Shown one piece after another: positions 1 through 14,664 of a stretch of 64,000 bases of DNA (positions are counted from its first letter, which is position 1; the number at the start of each line of letters is the position of its first letter). The stretch is from Macrostomum lignano (Eukaryota). The position numbers and the translations under genes are program-made. The notes beneath the pieces are model-generated. The model had not been told where the DNA came from and ran no database searches. It was given only the letters and a program-made list of their open reading frames with translations. Location: assembly GCA_002269645.1 (NCBI GenBank), contig NIVC01002284.1:62001-126000 (forward strand), written 5' to 3'.

Positions 1-410
1 CTGCGCAGGCAGGTGGGCAGCATGCTGCGAGCTGCCCTTCTCCACTATCAAGGGAGATGGGGTTGGATAAAAACTGCAATTTTCGCGAGTTGTTTATCTG
101 CTCACTGCAAACTGCAGTTCCTTGAGCTGCACCATTCAGTCCCTTTCTGCCCAAATCTGCAATAACTTGAATGCGCTCTCATATTTCAATTCCTATCTTG
201 ATCCTCCTTCCCCAACTTCCCCTTCTCCTAATTCCCTTGTCTAGATTCAATTTCTTTCCTAGTTAGCTCTCTAAGTCTTCCCTAATTTTCCCTTTCCAAA
301 GTTCCTCTCCTAATTCCCTTCTCTTCCCCATTCACGATTCCAATCCCCGGACAAAACTTTCTTGATTTTCCTTATTATTATTTCTTTATTATTATCATAC
401 TCGCAAACTA

Positions 411-2700
411 CCCCTCTCCCGACTCCCCTCTCCCGACTCCCCTCTCCCGTCTCCCCTCTCCCGACTCCCTTCTCCCGATTCCCCTCTCCCGTCTCCCTTC
501 TCCCGATTCCCCTCTCCCGACTCCCCTCTCCCGTCTCCACTCTCCCGTCTCCCTTCTCCCGATTCCCCTCTCCCGTCTCCCTTCTCCGATTCCCTCTCCC
601 GATTCCCCTCTCCCGATTCCCCTCTCCCGACTCCCCTCTCCCGACTCCCCTCTCCCGACTCCCCTCTCCCGATTCCCCTCTCCCGATTCCCCTCTCCCGA
701 CTCCCCTCTCCCGACTCCCCTCTCCCGACTCCCCTCTCCCGACTCCCCTCTCCCGACTCCCCTCTCCCGACTCCCCTCTCCCGATTCCCCTCTCCCGATT
801 CCCCTCTCCCGACTCCCCTCTCCCGACTCCCCTCTCCCGACTCCCCTCTCCCGTCTCCCCTCTCCCGACTCCCTTCTCCCGATTCCCCTCTCCCGTCTCC
901 CTTCTCCCGATTCCCCTCTCCCGACTCCCCTCTCCCGTCTCCACTCTCCGTCTCCCTTCTCCCGATTCCCCTCTCCCGTCTCCCTTCTCCCGATTCCCTC
1001 TCCCGATTCCCCTCTCCCGATTCCCCTCTCCCGACTCCCCTCTCCCGACTCCCCTCTCCCGACTCCCCTCTCCCGATTCCCCTCTCCCGATTCCCCTCTC
1101 CCGACTCCCCTCTCCCGACTCCCCTCTCCCGACTCCCCTCTCCCGACTCCCCTCTCCCGACTCCCCTCTCCCGACTCCCCTCTCCCGATTCCCCTCTCCC
1201 GATTCCCCTCTCCCGACTCCCCTCTCCCGACTCCCTCTCCCGACTCCCCTCTCCGATTCCCCTCTCCCGATTCCCCTCTCCCGACTCCCCTCTCCCGACT
1301 CCCCTCTCCCGACTCCCCTCTCCCGACTCCCCTCTCCCGATTCCCCTCTCCCGACTCCCCTCTCCCGACTCCCCTCTCCCGATTCCCCTCTCCCGATTCC
1401 CCTCTCCCGACTCCCCTCTCCCGACTCCCCTCTCCCGTCTCCAATCTCCCGATTCCCCTCTCCCGACTCCCCTCTCCCGATTCCCCTCTCCCGACTCCCC
1501 TCTCCCGACTCCCCTCTCCCGATTCCCCTCTCCCGACTCCCCTCTCCCGACTCCCCTCTCCCGATTCCCCTCTCCCGACTCCCCTCTCCCGACTCCCCTC
1601 TCCCGATTCCCCTCTCCCGATTCCCCTCTCCCGACTCCCCTCTCCCGACTCCCCTCTCCCGTCTCCCCTCTCCCGACTCCCTTCTCCCGATTCCCCTCTC
1701 CCGTCTCCCTTCTCCCGATTCCCCTCTCCCGACTCCCCTCTCCCGTCTCCACTCTCCCGTCTCCCTTCTCCCGATTCCCCTCTCCCGTCTCCCTTCTCCC
1801 GATTCCCCTCTCCCGATTCCCCTCTCCCGATTCCCCTCTCCCGACTCCCCTCTCCCGACTCCCCTCTCCCGACTCCCCTCTCCCGATTCCCCTCTCCCGA
1901 TTCCCCTCTCCCGACTCCCCTCTCCCGACTCCCCTCTCCCGACTCCCCTCTCCCGACTCCCCTCTCCCGACTCCCTCTCCCGACTCCCCTCTCCCGATTC
2001 CCCTCTCCCGATTCCCCTCTCCCGACTCCCCTCTCCCGACTCCCCTCTCCCGACTCCCCTCTCCCGATTCCCCTCTCCCGATTCCCCTCTCCCGACTCCC
2101 TCTCCCGACTCCCCTCTCCCGACTCCCTCTCCCGACTCCCCTCTCCCGATTCCCTCTCCCGACTCCCCTCTCCCGACTCCCCTCTCCCGATTCCCCTCTC
2201 CCGATTCCCCTCTCCCGACTCCCCTCTCCCGACTCCCCTCTCCCGTCTCCAATCTCCCGATTCCCCTCTCCCGACTCCCCTCTCCCGATTCCCCTCTCCC
2301 GACTCCCCTCTCCCGACTCCCCTCTCCCGATTCCCCTCTCCCGATTCCCCTCTCCCGACTCCCCTCTCCCGACTCCCCTCTCCCGATTCCCCTCTCCCGA
2401 CTCCCCTCTCCCGACTCCCCTCTCCCGATTCCCCTCTCCCGATTCCCCTCTCCCGACTCCCCTCTCCCGACTCCCCTCTCCCGTCTCCAATCTCCCGATT
2501 CCCCTCTCCCGATTTCCCTTTCCCGATTCCCCTCTCCCGACTCCCCTCTTCCGATTCCTCCCTCCCGATTCCCTCTCCCGACTCCCCTCTCCCGACTCCC
2601 CTCTTCCGATTCCCCTCTCCCGACTCCCCTCTTCCGATTCCTCCCTCCCGTTCCCTCTCCCGATTCCCCTCTCCCGATTCCCTTCTCGCGACTCCCCTTT
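411..2700. repeat. 14-bp minisatellite (CCCCTCTCCCGA[C/T]T)n, ~2.3 kb, G-rich on the minus strand
   Basis: Direct tandem periodicity; it explains the 310-2755 ORFs on both strands. Confidence 0.95.
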
Positions 2701-2815
2701 CCTGATTATCTGGTTTTTTCCCCTTCTCGCACCTCCCAGTTCCCTATCTTCCTAGTCAAATCTGAACCATCTATCTCCCAGTTTCCACTCTTCACCATCC
2801 GCGCCGTTCCCTGAG

Positions 2816-2987
2816 CAGCTGCACGCACACGCGACACCTCAGCACCCCACCCACCCGCAGCAAGCGCTGGTGGCCGGTGAAGTACACCTTTGAGGAGGCC
2901 GACCAGCCCAAGGAGCTGCCATTCCGCAACGGCGACGGCGGCCGGGAGACCAGGGGCGGCCGGCTCCGCTGGGAGGACTTGGAATGA
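2816..2987 (+). CDS. Putative terminal coding exon of a gene starting upstream of the window (..SCTHTRHLSTPPTRSKRWWPVKYTFEEADQPKELPF..WEDLE*)
   Basis: GC3-rich codons, pyrimidine tract plus AG at 2814-2818, TGA at 2985-2987. A possible phase-compatible donor AG|GTGGGC lies at 12/13. No family recognised. Confidence 0.35.
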
Positions 2988-3168
2988 CACCAACTGGGGC
3001 CGGAGCTGACCCGACAGGGTGACTCTGACACTTGCTGACATTTGCTGACACTTGACTTTGGAGTTTCTGACAAATATATTGGAGCCGTGCTGAGCGGACG
3101 CCGCAGCAGCTCTGCGTCCTGCATCGAAAATTCTGCTAATATTTGTGATCTTTTTGCCAATGCGACTG

Positions 3169-4003
3169 GCCCACCCTGTCTACCCCACCCTGTCTACCCC
3201 ACCCTGTCTGCCCCACCCTGTCTACCCCACCCTGTCTGCCCCACCCTGTCTACCCCACCCTGTCTGCCCCACCCTGTCTACCCCACCCTGTCTACCCCAC
3301 CCTGTCTACCCCACCCTGTCTACCCCACCCTGTCTGCCCCACCCTGTCTACCCCACCCTGTCTACCCCACCCTGTCTACCCCACCCTGTCTACCTCACCC
3401 TGTCTACCCCACCCTGTCTACCCCATCCTGTCTACCCCATCCTGTCTACCCCACCCTGTCTACCCCACCCTGTCTACCCCACCCTGTCTACCCCACCCTG
3501 TCTACCTCACCCTGTCTACCCCACCCTGTCTACCCCATCCTGTCTACCCCATCCTGTCTACCTCATCTGTCTACTCCACCCTGTCTACCCCATCCTGTCT
3601 ACCCCATCCTGTCTACCTCACCTGTCTACCCCATCCTGTCTACCCCATCCTGTCTACCTCACCTGTCTACCCCATCCTGTCTACCCCAGGTCTACCTCAC
3701 CCTGTCTACCTCACCCTGTCTACCCCACCCTGTCTACCCCATCCTGTCTACCTCATCTGTCTACCCCACCCTGTCTACCCCATCCTGTCTACCCCATCCT
3801 GTCTACCTCACCTGTCTACCCCATCCTGTCTACCCCATCCTGTCTACCTCACCTGTCTACCCCATCCTGTCTACCCCAGGTCTACCTCACCCTGTCTACC
3901 TCACCCTGTCTACCCCACCCTGTCTACCCCACCCTGTCTACCCCACCCTGTCTACCCACCCTGTCTACCCCACCCTGACTTACCCCACCCTGTCTACCCC
4001 ACC
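3169..4003. repeat. 14-bp minisatellite (CCCCACCCTGTCTA)n
   Basis: Direct tandem periodicity, with variant units toward the 3' end. Confidence 0.95.
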
Positions 4004-4332
4004 TACATGCGGAATACGAATCTATTCCACTGCATCTGCCATATCTACCCCACACTGTACGGCACATCCATACAGCATCAGCTCAGCCTAATTAGGTACC
4101 TGCCTACCCTATCTATTATCCACTCAAATCCCATTATGTCAGAAATGGGATATGGGAGAAATGGGAGATCATACAGGCATTTCCAATTTCAGGCATTCCA
4201 CTTACGACGCCTTTATCCCATTCAATTTATCCCGGCAACTCGCCGCAGCCAAAAGTTTAAGCCCACCTGCTGCGGGGACTGCAGCTGCGATCCTACAGGC
4301 TTTGGATGGCTGCACTGAGGTGTTAATTGACT

Positions 4333-4390
4333 CCTTCCCTTCCCTTCCCTTCCCTTCCCTTCCCTTCCCTTCCCTTTACCTTCCCTTCCA
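4333..4390. repeat. (CTTCC)n pentanucleotide tract
   Basis: Seen directly. Confidence 0.9.
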
Positions 4391-4617
4391 GACACACCCT
4401 CTATTCGCCACTTTTTCCCCATTTCCCTCTTCAACTCCCTCCAGCTCGGCGACCCTTTTATCCCCCCTCGGCACGGCCTGAAAGGCGGTGGCGGCTGCGG
4501 TCCGAATTCCGAGCGCGGCGAAAATTGAATTGAGGGGCTCAGCGGCCCGGCCTGCGGGCCCCGCTGAAATCCAATTGGCGCTCTGATATGAACTCAATTT
4601 GGCTGCAGCTTGCCGCC

Positions 4618-6921
<2,304 letters not shown>

Positions 6922-6931
6922 GAACTGCATG

Positions 6932-7118
6932 GAGAAGCTGTGAGCAGTTGTGCAGAGATTTCTTGGTAACCCCAAGTTATCCAACCATAAGCAAGTCATT
7001 GAGGACCTGCTCAAATCATACAAAAGAATGAGCTCTCGCTGAGGCTACAAAATGGGTGACTACTCAGTCAGAAGAGCACGGATGCCATCAGAACATCAAG
7101 GGCTTTGAGCAGGGGTAA
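6932..7118 (+). pseudogene. Decayed DNA-transposase C-terminal fragment (VV-x-x-FLGN...DLL-x-x-Y...EEHG-x-x-x-HQ-x-I type)
   Basis: Translates VVQRFLGNPKLSNHKQVIEDLLKSYKRM and then, after a stop, deletion and frameshift, MGDYS..EEHG..HQNIKGFEQ. This matches a widespread invertebrate transposase motif (FLGN...SDEHGERFHQDI). Superfamily not assigned. Confidence 0.5.
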
Positions 7119-8564
7119 CAAAGGCCAAGAACATTGCTTTCTGACTGCCTTTGTCCTACAAAGAGCAACTTCTGATTAAATGCCGATGAAGTAAGAAGCT
7201 GTTGGGAAAGAATAATAAAATAATTTTGCCAAGCAGAAGTTTCGTTGCAAACTGAAGTCAGGAGGTGGAGCAACAGTTTTTGCTGTGGGCTGTGTGCTTT
7301 TTCCGAATTGTCACTTCTGTATTAAAGCCAACATACGGCTACACGGTAAAAGCATTCCCTGTGAATTCACCGTCACATTCCCAATTCCCTGTGAATTCAC
7401 CGTCACATTCCCAATTCCCTGTCTCCGTCCCGGTTTATCCTCACCTTCCAGGCTTTAAGCTGCTTGCAGGGGTCTGTCCAGCACTTCTTTTCGATTGGCA
7501 CTTGCCACCGGCTCCAAAGCAGTCCGCTAATCTGCCGGATTTCTGGCGGCACAATTTTCCCCTTCCCCTTTCAGCGCTTTGGATCTCCCTGATTAACACG
7601 CTGTACATCAGTGGACTCAGCACAAGATGAGGTGAGCAGTGAGGAAGGGATTAGTGAGCTCAGGCTGCACTCAGCAGAATTAGTCTGGCAGTCACCACCC
7701 GGTGGTTAAAAACAGGGTTTTTTTTACCCCAATTAGTACCCCATGGGGTATTAGTCAACTGATTTGGGGTAATATTTTGCCCATTAATACCCCAGAATGG
7801 GGTACTATTTTTTCGACTTCAATTCAATTCAAACAAGTTAAGCTTTTTTTCTAAAATTAGCTGTTCAATTAAAATTCTGACTGGGCTGGTATGGGTCTTT
7901 GTACTAAGGTATATCCACTCGTGTGGTGAGTCAGACTGTCAGGCTAAAAGTGAGAGAGGGTTGGAATTGGAAACTTGGAATTAGATTTTTCAGTCTTGCT
8001 CAACCCAACTCTCAGCACCTCGGACTGGCTCGGCCTTGGGGTGGGCGCATGTCCCGCATGGCCCACAGAGCAAAAGAGACAAAGAGACAGACAGACCAAG
8101 AACAAGGATTTATACCACAGACCAAGAAATATAACTAGACTGCGCATGAGGGTAAAAAAAGTTGTGCCTTTTTCCTAGTAGGAAAAGTGGCACCCACAGA
8201 CCAAGAAATATAACTAGACTGCGCATGAGGGTAGCTCGTAAAAAAAGTTGTGCCTTTTTCCTAGTAGGAAAAGTGGCACCCCAGTGCCCACTCCCCCACG
8301 ATCGATAATTGTGCCCGGGCCTTTCTTCTTACCCTCAGCCAACTCAGCTTGTCGGGGTCTCTTTTTTCTTTATGTTCGTAACTAGTGAAAATTCAGACTC
8401 AGTAAGAAATAGGATTAACAAATCAACAACTACAGATTCATTTTTAATTTATCTAGAATTTTTTGCACGCATTTAATGGCAAATATATAGTTTATCACGG
8501 GAATAAGCTTAAACAGAATGCATTGAAGCCATAACTTACCAGCCTCCATATGCGAATACGCTGA

Positions 8565-11190
8565 TTACAAATTAAGAAAAATCGCTGTTCGAAGCAGCCT
8601 TTGCCTCTTGCCGGGTTTTCTTCCAGCGCGTGAAAGATCCTTAGCCAGCTTCTTCATTCGAATATTTATAAAAAGCATAGCCATTACTCGAATCAAATGC
8701 AGCTTATGAGACTCAATGCTGATACTCGCGGATGCCGAATGAGAGTCCAGTTCAGGGAACAGATCGATTGACATGCGCAGAATCTCCTGAACAGCTACAT
8801 CACTAGAGAATCCGCTGCTGTAGCTGGCACGCCGAACAACAGTCTCTGCATTGAGCAGCACCCGCAGGACATTGCTGCTAGGAAAAATCAGGTCGCCAGT
8901 TCCTTCCTTGTTCAAAAAATTTTTTATGGCAACGAGTGAGCATGGTCCGCGTGAAGCTCCTGGCGTCTCAGAGCTTGCGATCAGAGCTGACCTGCACGGA
9001 GCACATTCAACTGCTTTCATCATTCTTCGGACGACCGCGCCTGCGATATAGCCCACGATGGACTGGCAAATTTCACACACCGATGCATTCTTGCAGTGTT
9101 GGATTAAACCCAGACTCAGTCCCATTTCATTTTGAGCTTTCATCTGCTTCCATGGCTGCTGTCCTGATGATGATGGCAGACAAGACAATGATAACTGAAT
9201 AGTGGCATCCTGCTGCCTCACATTCGGACTCACGGACTGTAGAATTCCACCTCCGGCATGCACCAACAGCTGCCTGAATGCTGAGCGAAATTGCGTGGGC
9301 GTTGGGTTATGGTTCCAGCCATTTCGTAGCCTTACTGCATTAAAAAACAGTTCGAGAAAATCCTGCGAAAGCTTGTAAGTGCAAAGAAAGAAGAATTCGC
9401 CAGTCGAAAATAAATACTTAGCGAGCTCCATAATGCCATGGCAGTTGGTGATGAAGCCTAGGAAGCCAGTCTTCTTTGCGGTTTCTACTATCTTACAGCC
9501 AGCCGGAGTTTCAAGGCTACGGAGAAGTTCGATCGAGCTAGAGAAGAAATCGATCCAATCCGACTGATTGTCAGCTCTAAGCGCCATTTTGGCACCATAA
9601 CTGACCAGCCGCTTGGAATTGAAAGCGTCGAACAAATCATTCATGTGCTCAACGAAATCTGCGGTGACTAGCACATCAGAGTGCTCAAATCCGATCACAC
9701 CTTGCTGATGCACCCATCGCAAAGAGTCGGCCACTGACTTGCTAAACAGTTGTGATGCCAAATAGACCTTCATCTTTAAATTAGCAAAGTTGATGTGATG
9801 CCTGCTTAACTTGTTTCCAAGTCGGAGTCCATGACTTTCTTGTACTTGCTGCAACATGGAAACATATTTCCATTCAATATTTCCTCTGTTCGGCCAAACA
9901 AATCTTCCCAGTGACTGCCACTGATTGCGAATCAGCTTTAACATGTGAGGCACATCCAGGAAGGCTGCAACCTGAATGCTAGGATCGCAGGGGTGCGGGA
10001 AGCAGGCGACGACCTCGTTCGGAGAACTTATCCTGGAGCCAAGGAGTTCGATCGCTCGAATGTTGTGCTGAGTTCCATCGCATGTGAATGATGTTGCTAT
10101 GACGCCAACCTGGTACAGTCGCTGAATGGATTCCTCTACAACGCTCGAAAGAAATTCGCCGTCAACTCCATTCACTAGAAAATACCCTAAAGGCAGCTTC
10201 CAATAGCTCTTAAGCCCCACTGCCATCACTACCAGTGCCGAAGACGCCTCCTGATCACTTGGTTTGCCATCACCTTTGTCAACGTAGCCAAAAAACATAA
10301 CTTCGCTTGAATTCCATTCAATCATCGACTCTAGCGACATTTCATCAGCAACAACGTTGCAGTAGTCAAAGGCTTGGCCGTCAGTGGAGCTGCGTCGCCG
10401 CGAAAGTTCCTGGAAAGCCTGATCGCAAAACCCTGGAAAGCACTTTGCATTTGAGAGCCATTTTCTAAGTGACGCAGGATGTGAAAGCTGAAAGTACTTT
10501 CGTACATACTCATAAGCCTTCGGACTATAGAAATGCAATGTAGAGGCGAATTTGCGCACTTCGTCAGAGAACCTCTTTGTCCTTTTTCTATTGCAAGGCA
10601 CGATGCTGCTCAGCAGTGAATCGGAGGTCAAGAAATTCAATCGAGATGCCGCTGCTTCGTTTAACATGCACTTGGCCTTTAGATCCAGAATTGCGTCCTT
10701 CAATGTTTTGGCTCTATGTTTAATTTGCCTGTGCTTTGAGCGCAGAGATCGAATTTTTCTGTACTTGCTCTGTACCGTCCGACGCAGGATTTCAATGGCC
10801 TTAGCACTTTTCTTAGATCTCTTATGAGCAGCCAAAAGCCTTTTGTATCTGCGCCTCAGGTTTTTTAGGACTCTCACCTTTTCTTCGAATAGTTCTCTGG
10901 CCACACAGTTGGCATGCAGTTCTTGTAGGGGTTGTTCTGGTTCATCTGCCTCCGTGTCAGTTGGCTGAGCCTTCGTCTTGCTACATTCCGGCGCTTTCAA
11001 AAATGCAGCAAAGTCAACTTCCTGAGCAGCGGCGGCGGCGGCGGTGGCTGTTTTTCGCTTCTTTTCAACAGGCTGCAGGCGGTCAGGGAGCGTCGGGAAG
11101 ATAGAAGGAACAGCATTTGGATACAGCCGCCTTCTTGTGGTGGGCAGAAAGCCGGCTAGTTGTTCCTTGAAGCAAGAGTCTGCAAAGTGG
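8565..11190 (-). CDS. P1 transposase, 3' part (THAP C-terminal half, catalytic core, C-terminal domain)
   Basis: HF...AVPSIF THAP tail; P-transposase motifs VVADEMS, TCDG, FLDVPHMLKLIRN, LSQDFLELFF, YIAG..CxxC. Open to the stop at 8565. Confidence 0.92.
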
Positions 11191-11197
11191 ACCGAGC

Positions 11198-14100
11198 CAG
11201 GGACTTCTCTATATAGCATCTGGACTGGAAGCTCCCCACCCGCATATACCTTAGAGGGGCAAAAAAAGCCTTCCCAAAATAGGCTAGATCCTAGTTACAC
11301 CGTATATTAGATAGCATGGCAATTATGCATTTATATTGTTATAAAAATCATGAGCATAATAAAAAGTCATTCAGAATGATTTAGATTTCTTTTTGTAAAA
11401 AAGAAATACTCACAAATTAGCAGCTACTAGCAGAAGACTTGCCGGAAAGCTTGGCGATCTTTCGCTTTCCTGCACGATCACTATTGGAAACGTCTTTCAC
11501 TAAATTTTTCATCATGCAATTAAAGAATGCCTTCGACAGTCCGGTCTTGACGTCGTGTCCTTTTGTGCAGGTGGTCAGATGTGCAAAGCACTCCAGAAAC
11601 TTGGCGTCGTCTGTCATCTCGTCAACGAGTCCACAGAAGACTTGTTGCTGCTGTTGGGCGCGCAGGAATTCTTTGCGTAGTGATTCCTTGCTTTTAATTT
11701 CTTCGAAGATTTTCCAGCAGTGCGTGGCTAACGCAAAAGCAAGCTCCGTCGGCTGGCAAAGACCGCCTCGGTTGATCTGGTCAATGAATGCAGATGCCTG
11801 AGGTGGAACCCAATCAACTTCTAGCGGCGACGCAGCTTCGGATTCCAGCAGCATGCCTTTGCACGACTCGCATGCTCGGTTTCGCGAAAAATTTCGACCA
11901 ACTGCAGCGATAACGTAGTAAATAACAGTAAAATCATCTTGCTGGGGCTCGCAATCCAGTTCCAGTAAACTGGACAGATGGCTGACCAGCTCCTTGGTTC
12001 GACTACATTCACTAGGTTTGTCAAAGGCGTAGTCGATCTCCTTTATGGAAAACTTGGAGTACTTCAACAAACTAACTGTTGAGATCTTTCTGCTGTTCTC
12101 TTTGACTTGCCGAGCTGAAATATAGTAGTTGGCGCCTGACATTTGGCGAAGCCACCCAAATCTTCGCTCAATGCAGTCCGATTGGAGTGCTCCAAGGAGC
12201 ACGTAGGCGAAGCCCTGTCGATCGAGCAGGTGCATGGCACAGGCAGCCAGAGCGCGACAAGTTACTCTACATGCCAGGAAAGTCTCCTTGGACAGGCCAG
12301 GCAATGCTGATGCTTCCCACTCGTCCAGGAAAACGGCAAACTCGTGGAGAAACTGCAGCTTCCAGTCCAATGATGAGCGAATCGGGTCCTGGCTTATGTC
12401 ACGCTTGCGCTTTCCCTTCGAAGGTATCTTTACATTTAGTATGTGCCATAGCTTCAGTACTAGGCTAATGAAATCTGCAGTAGCTTTCCAGGCCTTGCCT
12501 CGCCATTCTGAGTAATAGAGAAGTGCATCTCGGGTAGCGTCATTAAAGACAGCAACTGCCAACTTGACAGAAGTTCTCTCGATGCTCTTCGGACTCAGTA
12601 CTGTCAGGTTCAACTTGTGTGCTAACTTCAGCGGCATCGATGCTTCCAGCTCGTGGAGTTGAACGATGTGCTCAAAACGAGCTTCGCGAGCATTAGGCAG
12701 TAGTGGAGTCGAAGGAAAGCTGAAGACTCGCCGAGTTTGAAAATTGTTGTAGATATTTTTCAAATTGTGCACCGGGTCAAAAAAGACAAAGATGGGCTGG
12801 CCGGTTACTTCATCTAAAAACGATGGGTTGAAGCTACTGCCGCACAATCCCTTCACAAATTTGCGGTTCACAGCGGCGTTGTCAACGGACACGGCAACAA
12901 CGGTAAACGACAGCCTTCTTAGCATATCCATGGCTTGCTGAAACCATTCAGTCAGCTTCTTTGCCGTCAAGGTTGCCACCGCATGCATCGCCACCATATC
13001 TTTGTATGGCCCAGCTACAGAGTTCACCATGAAGCAGCAGATCGTTGAAGCAACAGCACCATCTTCGCTTAGTCCAGTTACTTGACCGTTGCTGTACTCA
13101 ACCCGGCTGGCTATGTAAATCTCATCAATTACAAGTGTGACAGTCTTCTCAAACTGGGATAACTTCGATGCTCTCAACTGAAGGTAGCTTTCGATGTCTA
13201 GACCATTCTTTGAACCAACTTTGGCTGAAACAGACCGAAGGGTTCGATCAGATGGAAAACAGAGGACATCCTGCTCCAGTATTGTCTTATAAGCCGAAGC
13301 GCTGGTGGAGTACAGAAGATAAGCGAAGATCATGAGCTGCTGTGAATATCTCCTTCTGCAGCTCGGCTGCCTGCTGAGTTTCAGCTGCTCCAAAATGAAG
13401 CCAACAGTGCGATTCTCAACAAGATTCTCCGCTTCTTCCAGAAGATCTTGGGCCATGTCAAGCATACGGTTGGCCTTACCTTCAGCTTTGCCACTGTCAG
13501 TGTCTACCTCCCAGTTCTTGACTCTGGACATTATGTTGACTAGTTGACTGAGAGTCGATACTTTCCCGTCCGAAAGTAAGTCTCTGAGTCGGGTTGGCTT
13601 TAGCAGCACTCCATTGACTCCAATAGTGATGCTGTGGTCCTTAGCCATGCAGATGTAGCAGGAGACATGAAAGGAAGGCTCCATGTCCAGCGTGTAGATG
13701 CAGAGCTGGTCAGCAAGCATGGTGGTATGAAATCCTGCCGGTTTTCCTTCCTCTCGATTCAGTTTTAGCTGCACTTCATCAAGGTCGTCGTCCACGATTG
13801 AGTCCGCATCTCTGAACTGATCAATTTGGCCTTGCAATGCAGTATTTTCTCTCTCAAAGCGCTGAGTTGATGTTGCTGCAGTTGACCTCGGTTCGGCCTT
13901 GGCAGAAGAGAGATAAGAAGGAGTATTCGGGAAGATAGACGGCACCGTCCCTGGCTTCAGACACCGCCTCGACAGTTGGTCCCGGCCCTTCTTGCGGCTC
14001 GCGTTGGTGTCCAGAGAGTTTTCCACGAAGTCTTGGGGGTGGAAGTGCGCAGAGCAAATGGTTGAGCTCTTGGTAGGCTCGAAATTCTGCCTTGGATTTG

Positions 14101-14664
14101 CTCGCTTCCATTGTTCAAGAAGGACTGCATTGTGCATAGGATAGCCATGAAAGCTCAGTCGCTTGTCCGAGGAGGCTCGATTAGTGCAGCCCTGTGCTGA
14201 GCACGACTTAACCATTTTGTTGGTACAAAATTTTCAGTGCTTGAAGCAAGTGTAGCAGTGTTATGAAATTGATGAGGCAGGCACTGAAGGCAAAATTTTC
14301 TTTTTTATTTGTACAGTACAGCCAGCTCGTCAGTATATATAGAACGTGGGAGTGGGACTCCCACTTATCACCTCGAGTCATGACTCAGTCCGAATAGCAG
14401 ACTAGTTTTCAAGATAAACGTACATGTTAAAGATTCATTGTTGGGGGGTAAACTTTACCCCACGAGCTCTTCCCTGCATGCCCCTGAACTTTGCTTCCTT
14501 TCTGTGTACAGTGTCTTTGTCATGTTTATAGCCAGCTTGACAGTTAAATTTTTCCTGTCTCCTTTCCTCCTTCTGGGTCTTTTCTTCTTTTGCCCCGGTG
14601 AGGTATAGAGACGGAAAAAAAATTGCGAAGCTTCCAGTCCAGATGCTATATAGAGAAGTCCCTG
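11198..14664 (-). mobile_element. P-superfamily transposon P2 (3467 bp), apparently intact
   Basis: Perfect 36-bp TIR CAGGGACTTCTCTATATAGCATCTGGACTGGAAGCT (11198-11233 / 14629-14664); 7-bp TSD ACCGAGC (11191-11197 / 14665-14671); imperfect subterminal inverted repeat TATACCT..GGGGCAAAA. Confidence 0.95.
11417..14215 (-). CDS. P2 THAP-domain P-element transposase, 932 aa, uninterrupted
   Basis: Complete C2CH THAP (CSAQGC...W...P..ICSAHF...VPSIF); catalytic motifs LVIDEIY, SVDNAAVN, DPVHNLKN, QSDCIERRF. Confidence 0.93.
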   Translation of the reverse strand: MVKSCSAQGCTNRASSDKRLSFHGYPMHNAVLLEQWKRANPRQNFEPTKSSTICSAHFHPQDFVENSLDTNASRKKGRDQLSRRCLKPGTVPSIFPNTPSYLSSAKAEPRSTAATSTQRFERENTALQGQIDQFRDADSIVDDDLDEVQLKLNREEGKPAGFHTTMLADQLCIYTLDMEPSFHVSCYICMAKDHSITIGVNGVLLKPTRLRDLLSDGKVSTLSQLVNIMSRVKNWEVDTDSGKAEGKANRMLDMAQDLLEEAENLVENRTVGFILEQLKLSRQPSCRRRYSQQLMIFAYLLYSTSASAYKTILEQDVLCFPSDRTLRSVSAKVGSKNGLDIESYLQLRASKLSQFEKTVTLVIDEIYIASRVEYSNGQVTGLSEDGAVASTICCFMVNSVAGPYKDMVAMHAVATLTAKKLTEWFQQAMDMLRRLSFTVVAVSVDNAAVNRKFVKGLCGSSFNPSFLDEVTGQPIFVFFDPVHNLKNIYNNFQTRRVFSFPSTPLLPNAREARFEHIVQLHELEASMPLKLAHKLNLTVLSPKSIERTSVKLAVAVFNDATRDALLYYSEWRGKAWKATADFISLVLKLWHILNVKIPSKGKRKRDISQDPIRSSLDWKLQFLHEFAVFLDEWEASALPGLSKETFLACRVTCRALAACAMHLLDRQGFAYVLLGALQSDCIERRFGWLRQMSGANYYISARQVKENSRKISTVSLLKYSKFSIKEIDYAFDKPSECSRTKELVSHLSSLLELDCEPQQDDFTVIYYVIAAVGRNFSRNRACESCKGMLLESEAASPLEVDWVPPQASAFIDQINRGGLCQPTELAFALATHCWKIFEEIKSKESLRKEFLRAQQQQQVFCGLVDEMTDDAKFLECFAHLTTCTKGHDVKTGLSKAFFNCMMKNLVKDVSNSDRAGKRKIAKLSGKSSASSC

